This document shows positions 56,963 to 64,000 of a stretch of 64,000 nucleotides of DNA, piece by piece. The stretch lies in the IMG/VR virus record IMGVR_UViG_3300026158_000083, positions 1 through 64,000 of that record; one strand, written 5' to 3'. The translations under genes and the position numbers were made by a program. Every line of letters starts with the position of its first letter. Within the stretch, counting starts at the first letter, position 1. The notes under the pieces were generated by a model, which saw nothing but the letters and a program-made list of their open reading frames with translations, was not told the DNA's origin and searched no databases. The stretch comes from a virus. Lineage: Duplodnaviria; Caudoviricetes.

Positions 56963-58231
56963 TTATTTTGTGTTCAGCGCAGACATGACGACTTGCCAGT
57001 CCTTGCGGCACTGTTCATTGATTGCGTACTCGCCGTCAGGACGCTTTTCAACACCTGACCATTCGTAGATGGCCTTGGCTTGGCCGACAGTCAGTTCGTC
57101 TTGCTCAAAGCCCCACAGCCAGTCCATGAAGGCTTCGCGCTCCTCAACCTTGTCGCTGAGCAGCGTCATCGCGGCAGTAATCCAGGTGCGCTGGCGCTCC
57201 GTAGCTGGCGCATTAGGATTATTTACCGTCGCAGCCGTGGCGCGCAGACCGTCGCGCAGCGGTTGAATACCTTGCAGGTGTTCCGGCACCTGTTCCGGCT
57301 CAGGCGCTTTGAGCAGCGCCAGATTCGGTGCGATCAGGCGAAAGATGCACTCTGCCGTATGTGCGCGCAGACCATACAGCGCGCCGCAGCCGGGACAGGG
57401 CGTCTCATCGCCCATTGCACAGTCATAGGCCCACGACCGGAACTTGTTCTGCATTTCCAGCAGGGCTTGCTTATCGGCCTCAGCCTGCTCATCGGCGGCA
57501 ATTTCTTCCGGCGTACGCGCGGCTTGGGCCTGTTTGATAACCGCTTTGTCGATAGCCGCAGCCATCTGTTCCTGATTGATGACTGCGCCATTTTCCTGCA
57601 TGGCCCGGATTTCGGCCACATCGACACCGTGCGCTTCGGCTTCTTCCAAGTCTTCGTCGCCGGACGTTTGTTCGCCGACTTGCCGCAGCGCATCGACGCG
57701 GGCTTGCTTTTCCATGAGCCAGACGCTGTCGCGGAAAGCTGGTGAGTTGATCTTGTCGCCCTGCCGTACGATGCTGACACCGATAATGGGCTGATACTCC
57801 ACGCCCATCTCGATGCATTGACGCCGCGCCGCCAGCACGTCTAGTTCGCAGACGGTCATACGATCCTGCGGGCCGATGTGATGGCGCGCCATCTCGTCAG
57901 GCGTTGGCGGACGATAGCGCCACTGATACTTGCTCATGTCCAGCTTGCGCGCAACGCCGCGATAGCCTTCCAGAACGCGGCCCGCGACGTTGCCCTTAGT
58001 GCCGACATACGCATGTCGCCCGATCACTTCGCCGGTTTCGTAAAAGTGATAGGCTGCGGCTAGCGCCTGGGGCGGTGTAATGCTGCCACCGTTAGCCATG
58101 ATCTCAGCCGCGATAGATGCAGCGCGCGACAGCACGGGTAGCGGCACGCCGCTGAAGTCTAGCTGTGGTGCGCTGACCTGCACCGCTTTTTCGCCAGTCG
58201 TCGCTGGCAAGTTGCGATTGAAGTCTGCCAT
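56963..58231 (-). CDS. Putative RecT/Red-beta-like ssDNA annealing protein with extended C-terminus
   Basis: EGYRG-MEKQARVDALRQ resembles the M.kK...R.AlR motif; location next to the DUF932-like gene. Confidence 0.5.
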   Translation of the reverse strand: MADFNRNLPATTGEKAVQVSAPQLDFSGVPLPVLSRAASIAAEIMANGGSITPPQALAAAYHFYETGEVIGRHAYVGTKGNVAGRVLEGYRGVARKLDMSKYQWRYRPPTPDEMARHHIGPQDRMTVCELDVLAARRQCIEMGVEYQPIIGVSIVRQGDKINSPAFRDSVWLMEKQARVDALRQVGEQTSGDEDLEEAEAHGVDVAEIRAMQENGAVINQEQMAAAIDKAVIKQAQAARTPEEIAADEQAEADKQALLEMQNKFRSWAYDCAMGDETPCPGCGALYGLRAHTAECIFRLIAPNLALLKAPEPEQVPEHLQGIQPLRDGLRATAATVNNPNAPATERQRTWITAAMTLLSDKVEEREAFMDWLWGFEQDELTVGQAKAIYEWSGVEKRPDGEYAINEQCRKDWQVVMSALNTK

Positions 58232-58257
58232 CCTGTGTCACCTCCATTTATGCGTAT

Positions 58258-58302
58258 AATGTAACACAAAAAGCGCAGACCGTCAAATCGACTGTCTGCG
58301 CT
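58258..58302 (-). terminator. Terminator overlapping a sigma70 promoter
   Basis: AGCGCAGAC / GTCTGCGCT stem plus TTTT; TTGACG (58286-58281), 17 bp, TACATT (58263-58258). Confidence 0.7.
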
Positions 58303-58309
58303 GATTGAG

Positions 58310-58918
58310 TTAGCCGTTTTGCAGCTGGTTGAGTCGATCTTGAATCGCCGCGATGTCGGCTTGCAGCTTGTCGATTTCCTGCTGCTTAGCCGACTTGGGC
58401 CGCGTGACGACGCACCAGTGTGTGCCGCGATCTTCCAGCACAAAGCCGAGTTCGGCGCAGATTTCGCGCCGGGCGCGATTGAAGCCGGATGGTGTCAGGC
58501 CGGTGAAGTGCGCCAGAGCTTCGGCTTTGGGCAGCACGTCGTTGTTCTTCAGCCAGGCCAGCATGGCTTCCTTGATCGTATCCGCGTAAACGACGCGGCG
58601 CTGGACGTGGTTATCCGTGAGTTCGCTGGCTTGCGCGGGTTGTGCCGGTTCCGGTTGCACGCAGCAGCGTTTTGAATTGCGGCGCGTGGGCGGCATGGGC
58701 CTGCCGGTGAACATATTGATCTGTCCTTTCTTGATCGGTCCAAGATAGCTGCGTAGTTCCTGCGCGGTCGTTGCCGGTTGAATGAGATTTAGCAGGTCGT
58801 CGATAGCCAATGCATAAGCTTCCTTATGCGTGCAACCTGCTCTGCGCCGGTGTTCGTGCAGTTTGGTTTGCAGCAGCGAACAGATCGTGCCGTAGTTTTC
58901 GGGTGTAAGATCGTACAC
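58310..58918 (-). CDS. Hypothetical protein, possible winged helix + coiled coil
   Basis: GGAG RBS, GTG start. Confidence 0.65.
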   Translation of the reverse strand: MYDLTPENYGTICSLLQTKLHEHRRRAGCTHKEAYALAIDDLLNLIQPATTAQELRSYLGPIKKGQINMFTGRPMPPTRRNSKRCCVQPEPAQPAQASELTDNHVQRRVVYADTIKEAMLAWLKNNDVLPKAEALAHFTGLTPSGFNRARREICAELGFVLEDRGTHWCVVTRPKSAKQQEIDKLQADIAAIQDRLNQLQNG

Positions 58919-59014
58919 TTGCCTCTCCTAGTGTGCTATAAGGTGCGTTGACGCGCGTGCGCCGCAACTACGCACCCCGCTGCGGCGCACGAAATACGGC
59001 TCAAAACTTGTGCA

Positions 59015-59122
59015 TCACCTCCCTGCTAGTATCAGTAGTGCAATGCCAACTGCGACGATGACGACGGCAATCAGAAAACCTTTGATTGCGGCTAGCAGCA
59101 GTTCTTCAAATGCGCTATGCAT
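59015..59122 (-). CDS. 35-aa single-transmembrane peptide
   Basis: MHSAFEELLLAAIKGFLIAVVIVAVGIALLILAGR; overlaps the upstream stop. Confidence 0.6.
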   Translation of the reverse strand: MHSAFEELLLAAIKGFLIAVVIVAVGIALLILAGR

Positions 59123-60344
59123 TGCCAATCACCGCTTGTAAGCCTTCCTCGCAGTAGATGCAGACCGGATTGCCGGAGTTGATCGTACCAACGCGAATCC
59201 AGTCCCACTTGCCACAGAACTTGCAGTCGCCGAGCAGATAGATATTGTAGGCGAACAGTTCGCGTGCGCATTTTGCGCAGGCAAACAGGTACTCTTTGTT
59301 TTTGGATTCGTTGGCGTACAGTTCTTCGCTGCGCTCACCGCAGAAGTCGCACTTGTCATCGACGGGATACTGGTTAGCCAGCACGTCCAGTTCTGGTGCT
59401 TGCTTCATCAGTTTTTCAGGGTCTTGTTTGACCGTCTTGACTTTGGCTCTGCGATTGTGTCCATTGTTGTGCGCTGGCTTTTCAGGCACGACTTCGCCGG
59501 TAACTGCTTTTACGATGGCCGTTGTAGGCTCTGCTGGACCCTTGGGGACGGCTGAACTTGCCGTATACTTGCCGTAATAGTACGGTGCTTCGTCATCGTC
59601 CTTGTCATTCCATTTGCCACCGTAATACTTGTGCTGGCCGTTGTACCACACAAACTTCTTGGGCTTAGGTTCAAACGGCAGTTTCTTGCCGACGTTTTGT
59701 TCGTAGAACGTCATGAAGCCGTACAACTGTTGACGCAGTTCCAGCATTTCGACGTGGCAGTAAGCCGTGTGTTCGTTGTGATAGCCGATGCCCCAATTGA
59801 AGCACAGAACCTTCATGAACTCCAGATCGACGATATCGGTGTATGAGCCGTTGCCGACCGTCATCTTGGCCGCCCGCACTAGCTTGGACCACTCGCAATC
59901 GTCGTCCTGATATTGATAGCCCACAACGTCTGTGCCGCGCCGGTCAAATTCGACGACCCAATCGTAGCTCTTGATTGGCGCAAACACCTTAGCCGACGAT
60001 TTGTGTGTTTCTTCGCCGGTCGTGTACAGGATATCGACGCGCACGCCGTATTTTGGCAGCACGTCGCCGATGATGTAGGCACCGAGCCGGTCGTCCAGCG
60101 CGGGATGAAAGATCAACTCGCGATCTGCACCCTGCGCGGGCTTAAGCGTAATGCGTTGCGGTGCATGACTCGCTGAACCAACGTAGTCAAGATGCGCGAC
60201 CGCCAGAACTTGCGAGCCGTTGTCTTTGAAGTACCACGGCGACGCATCTGTGCCACAGCGCTGCGCACCGGCTAGTGCCGCGACTTCTGCTTCCGTCGCG
60301 GTCAAATAGCGACTGAGACCGCGATACGATATAAAGTTATTCAA
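59115..60344 (-). CDS. M28/M20-like zinc peptidase with C-terminal CxxC repeats
   Basis: AHLD, ALDDRLG, GEE, EFDRRG, SYTD, GYHNEH; TTG start after GAGGTG. Confidence 0.8.
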   Translation of the reverse strand: MNNFISYRGLSRYLTATEAEVAALAGAQRCGTDASPWYFKDNGSQVLAVAHLDYVGSASHAPQRITLKPAQGADRELIFHPALDDRLGAYIIGDVLPKYGVRVDILYTTGEETHKSSAKVFAPIKSYDWVVEFDRRGTDVVGYQYQDDDCEWSKLVRAAKMTVGNGSYTDIVDLEFMKVLCFNWGIGYHNEHTAYCHVEMLELRQQLYGFMTFYEQNVGKKLPFEPKPKKFVWYNGQHKYYGGKWNDKDDDEAPYYYGKYTASSAVPKGPAEPTTAIVKAVTGEVVPEKPAHNNGHNRRAKVKTVKQDPEKLMKQAPELDVLANQYPVDDKCDFCGERSEELYANESKNKEYLFACAKCARELFAYNIYLLGDCKFCGKWDWIRVGTINSGNPVCIYCEEGLQAVIGNA

Positions 60345-60345
60345 T

Positions 60346-61890
60346 TTACACCTCGCAATTCTTGCACAGCACCTCTGTGCTTTGTCCGTTAAGCAGCAGA
60401 TAGCGATTGCAATAGTTACACTCGGTGGCCTGCGGTCGAATAGTGCCATGACATCTGCCGCATTTTCGATTGTTGTAGGAATCGGTGTACGCGCGCGTGG
60501 AGAACCGATAAGTATCGCACGCCGGACAGTGCACCAGTGGTGGTGTCAAACTTTCTGCGCAGGTCTTGCAGTAGTACGTCCAGCGCACCATATCTTCCGG
60601 TATTTCGTCCAGCATATCCGACTCCGTCTGGAAGGTTTTGATCCGATAGGCTTTTTCGTCCGGCGTTTTAGTCAGCGAACCCAGACAACACGCGCACCTT
60701 GTACGTCTGACTGCGATACAACTGGGACAGGTGTAGTGGCTGTAGGGCGGTTCTTCTTCACGATCATACGTGTTGCCGCATTCCGCACAGAACCAGAACC
60801 ATTCGTCGTAGCAACTTTTGCAGTAGAAATAGCCGTCGTGGCGATAGCCGTTAGTTGTGTCGTAGCGACCATCGCACGCGATGCAGTCCGCGGTATAGAT
60901 GTCCCAGCAGTATTGGCAGTAATAGCTGCTATCGTCGTTATCCTGCATGATGTAGAGGTCCGGATTAGCCGGTCGATCACAGTAACAACACACATAGTGT
61001 GTTTGTTCGGTAATTTCTAAATCGACACGCGCTATTTTACGAAACTCTCCGCTATCACGCGGATGCAGCACTATGCCGCAGCCGTTGTTGATCCACAACA
61101 TACCGTTCGGTGTGTCATTGTTGCAGAGATCGATGAGCGCGCTTCCGCCTTTCAGATGCGCGCGTAATACCATGCCCGCCATCTTGGTGCAGTTTGAGCC
61201 ACCGCCGTAGTCGTGATTCATAGTGTGATTCGCGCCAGCGGCCCAATAGCCGTTGAACAGTATGGGGCATAGCACGCCGTCAATTGTGCGTTGCACGATC
61301 CAAGCTCGACCAACACCCTTCCCTGAACCGTAATAGCGCTCATCTGCGTCGCTGGCCGCGTAGAAACGCATTGCCAGGAACGTTGGATCAGACATGAGCA
61401 TGTCTTTGGCTTCGGCATGATCGCCCCAAAAGCACGCACCGGCTTCGCCGAAATCGCCTCGCTCCCAATCGATTGTTTTGACGAAATCGAAGGCAAACTC
61501 ACCCTGTTGACCGAGCCAGTTTTCGGTCAGTTGAGCCAACTCGCTGGCCATGCCATCACATAGGTTGAGTCCGGCTCGCACCAGCAACGCCTTACGGAGT
61601 CGCTTGACGATCCGACCGCTGTACAACGCGTGTTTGCTGGCGTAGCAGAGCGGGTCGCGCTGTGGTTCAAGATAGTCTGGATCAACTACTTTCGCGTCGC
61701 GTTCCCAACTCCACCAATCTGCTTCCAGAAAATTCAATTTGTGATAGTGGCTACTGGCTAGTTCACCGGTCATATTCAGCGCGTTACGAATCGCGTCGGC
61801 GATGGCCTGACGATCTAGCGGCACAACTACCGTATACAGTTTAGCCGTCTGAAGTTTGGTCGCCAGACGGCGTTCCCATGTAGTTGGCAT
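60346..61890 (-). CDS. Conserved globular domain + multi-CxxC zinc-ribbon array (paralog 2)
   Basis: DWERGDF-C-RFY-GKGVGRAW-FNGYW; more than eight CxxC pairs. Confidence 0.75.
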   Translation of the reverse strand: MPTTWERRLATKLQTAKLYTVVVPLDRQAIADAIRNALNMTGELASSHYHKLNFLEADWWSWERDAKVVDPDYLEPQRDPLCYASKHALYSGRIVKRLRKALLVRAGLNLCDGMASELAQLTENWLGQQGEFAFDFVKTIDWERGDFGEAGACFWGDHAEAKDMLMSDPTFLAMRFYAASDADERYYGSGKGVGRAWIVQRTIDGVLCPILFNGYWAAGANHTMNHDYGGGSNCTKMAGMVLRAHLKGGSALIDLCNNDTPNGMLWINNGCGIVLHPRDSGEFRKIARVDLEITEQTHYVCCYCDRPANPDLYIMQDNDDSSYYCQYCWDIYTADCIACDGRYDTTNGYRHDGYFYCKSCYDEWFWFCAECGNTYDREEEPPYSHYTCPSCIAVRRTRCACCLGSLTKTPDEKAYRIKTFQTESDMLDEIPEDMVRWTYYCKTCAESLTPPLVHCPACDTYRFSTRAYTDSYNNRKCGRCHGTIRPQATECNYCNRYLLLNGQSTEVLCKNCEV

Positions 61891-63464
61891 CAGACGATCC
61901 CCCGATCTGCGGCACACTTATTGCAGTAGTGTCGCGTGTAGTAGTCCCAACTGCCTTTGTACTTAAGGGGCGTCAAGGTCTTACGCGAGCAGCCGGTGCA
62001 CGTCGTCAGACTGTACGGATCAAATGGCTGACCCGCAGTCAGCATACGCTCCTTGACGCACAGCAGACATTCGGGTGTGCCATCGGCGTGCACCAGAATC
62101 ATTTCGTTGGCGGCAAGTCGCCCGCAGACTTTGCAGCGCAAATAGTCTGCATGGTTTTCGATACACTCGCGACAAATGTGGCCGCGGCGCAGCGGCGCGT
62201 TGAGCGCCTGTTTGCCGATCAACCAATCTGAAGTCGCGCGTGCGACACGACAACCGCAAATCTTGCAGTCGCAGGTCAACTTCGTATGGCATTCACCGCA
62301 CACTCGCTGGCCTTCGACGTAATAGGCCGCGCGGCGATAGGCATCAACTTCAACGTTGCATTGCGCGCAGTTGAAGAAGTACCGTTCGTGACATTCGCGA
62401 CACATGGTGTTGCCGTTACTGACAACTTTCCATTCGTTACGCAGGTGTCTGCCGCAGCGTGGGCAGTAGAAGTATTCGCGCGCGTAGCACGCGTTGCAGT
62501 AAATCCGGTAATCGCACACGATGCGTTCCGCCTCGCCGACCAACACGCCGCACTCGCAGCATGGCTTAGGACGCCGGTGCTTATCGGTGCGCAGGTCGAT
62601 ACGATTTGGAATCACTACATGCGCAGGTGCGATCACGAAACCTGTGCCATGATTCACGTACAACGTACCGCGGTCTGAGCCACAGTTTGACAGATACACC
62701 TGCTGCGCCGTGAGTCCAAGATGCGCCGCGAAACCATTAGCGGCCAACTTGGTGCAGCTATTGCTGTCGCTGCCGAGCCGGACCGAGTCGTGATTCATGA
62801 TGCCATCGCCGCCCGCGTACCAGTAGCCGTTGAATATGTGCGGCACACGATAGCCCGCGTATTCACGGAACAGAATCCAAGCGCGCCCGATGCCCTTGCC
62901 GCTGCCATAATAGCGATCTACTGAGCCTTCTGGTGCGTAGAAGCGGATCGCCAGAAAATCGTCCTCAGCCAGCATATCCCGCGCCGCAGCATTGCTGCTG
63001 AAGTAGCAGGAACGATGGTCGGCAAAGTCGCCTTCGCGCCAGTCGATGGCATTGTGAAAGTCGAAGCGGTACTCACCGGCAGATGACTTAAGACTGCCGA
63101 TAACATTGCCGATCATCTCCACAAGCTTTTCCGGCAGTTCAAGATAGACAGAACGCCGACGCAGCGCCTGCGCTATCCGCCTGGCGATTGGACCGCGATA
63201 TTCGACAAGCTTAGTGGTAAGCTTGCCATCGCGGTTAATCGCATAGTAGTCCGGATCGATTGCGGTTTCGTCCGGATTCCAGGTCCACCAATCTTCATAC
63301 AGGAAGTCGGTGATCGAACTGTCTAGCGTTTCGCTAAGGTAGCGACCGACATGCTGTGCGAGATCGAGGTCCGTGATTTCGGCACGCGCGGTGTAGAGTT
63401 GCTTCATGCGCGTGCGCTCCGTCAGCCATGCATTCCACTCTGCAAGGCTCATTTCGTCTGCCAT
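61890..63464 (-). CDS. Conserved globular domain + multi-CxxC zinc-ribbon array (paralog 1)
   Basis: DWREGDF-SC-RFY-GKGIGRAW-FNGYW; AGGGAGG RBS; TGATG coupling to paralog 2. Confidence 0.75.
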   Translation of the reverse strand: MADEMSLAEWNAWLTERTRMKQLYTARAEITDLDLAQHVGRYLSETLDSSITDFLYEDWWTWNPDETAIDPDYYAINRDGKLTTKLVEYRGPIARRIAQALRRRSVYLELPEKLVEMIGNVIGSLKSSAGEYRFDFHNAIDWREGDFADHRSCYFSSNAAARDMLAEDDFLAIRFYAPEGSVDRYYGSGKGIGRAWILFREYAGYRVPHIFNGYWYAGGDGIMNHDSVRLGSDSNSCTKLAANGFAAHLGLTAQQVYLSNCGSDRGTLYVNHGTGFVIAPAHVVIPNRIDLRTDKHRRPKPCCECGVLVGEAERIVCDYRIYCNACYAREYFYCPRCGRHLRNEWKVVSNGNTMCRECHERYFFNCAQCNVEVDAYRRAAYYVEGQRVCGECHTKLTCDCKICGCRVARATSDWLIGKQALNAPLRRGHICRECIENHADYLRCKVCGRLAANEMILVHADGTPECLLCVKERMLTAGQPFDPYSLTTCTGCSRKTLTPLKYKGSWDYYTRHYCNKCAADRGIV

Positions 63465-63579
63465 TTTGACCTCCCTAGATATGTGGTTCATGACAAGCGA
63501 CTGCCCAGGACAATTCCTGGGCAGTCTATTGGCATAAACGATTAGGGCGCGCAACTCGCGTCACGCGCCCTGGTTTGAT

Positions 63580-64000
63580 CTACGACTCCTGTGGTAGTCT
63601 CGCGCCGAAGCGACGCAGCAGATCGTTTTTCACCGTAAGCGCAACAGCCATGTCGTTTAGGTTACTGCGACTGTGATCCCAATACGACGCAGTAGGATTG
63701 AGTCCGAGAATCATATTGACGGTTTCCAGCGCAGCTTCCAGCCAATCTTGGCGCACATCGTCTGGCACGCAACACAGATCAGACCGATCATACAGACTGT
63801 AAACGTACTCAATGGTCATGTCGGCCAAACGCGTTTGCAGTTCGGCCTCAGTTGTCGGTGCGAGTCGGCGATAGATGCTATGTTCGTATTTGAAGTTGTA
63901 CCTTGCTTCATCGGCCGCGAGGCTGAGATTCCACTTTTCGGCTTCGGCGTTGTGGGCCGCGACCAGCGTCGCGTAATCGTAGCCATCTTCCGGAATAACT
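63580..64000 (-). CDS. Hypothetical protein (5' partial)
   Basis: Frame is open to the window end. Confidence 0.6.
   Translation of the reverse strand, partial: VIPEDGYDYATLVAAHNAEAEKWNLSLAADEARYNFKYEHSIYRRLAPTTEAELQTRLADMTIEYVYSLYDRSDLCCVPDDVRQDWLEAALETVNMILGLNPTASYWDHSRSNLNDMAVALTVKNDLLRRFGARLPQES

Noticed and set aside
1-64000. Stop-codon reassignment
   Set aside because: Long genes are intact under the standard code, and TAG, TGA and TAA all end coupled genes.

Overview
This window is about 64 kb of a long-tailed (siphovirus-like) dsDNA phage genome, cut at both ends. It starts inside the terminase large subunit and ends inside an early gene. The + strand arm (1-39876) holds packaging, head, neck, tail and lysis genes. 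The - strand arm (39873-64000) holds replication, recombination, regulatory and accessory genes. No integrase, tRNA, CRISPR array or reverse transcriptase is visible, and the standard genetic code fits. The host is probably Chloroflexota; this is inferred from Thr/Pro-linked secreted proteins, a lamin-tail domain and a C-terminal YFP-type sorting-like motif. Main points: (1) An eight-gene glycosylation locus sits between the head-tail adaptor and the stopper genes. It has five glycosyltransferase domains plus a PseB-like dehydratase, a PLP aminotransferase, a GNAT acetyltransferase, a SAM methyltransferase and a DUF1360-like membrane protein, so the phage appears to make its own 4-amino-6-deoxy sugar. 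(2) The lysis-position cassette ends in a membrane-anchored caspase-like (CHAT) protease, next to a clan GH-A hydrolase. (3) A roughly 320-nt structured non-coding transcript lies between a promoter and a terminator in the early arm. (4) A block of micro-genes shares a junction repeat encoding AALDAAGGE plus the next gene's ribosome-binding site, and includes two unannotated paralogous zinc fingers. (5) Two paralogous multi-CxxC proteins are coupled to an M28-like peptidase. All family assignments come from reading motifs by eye; no database searches were run.
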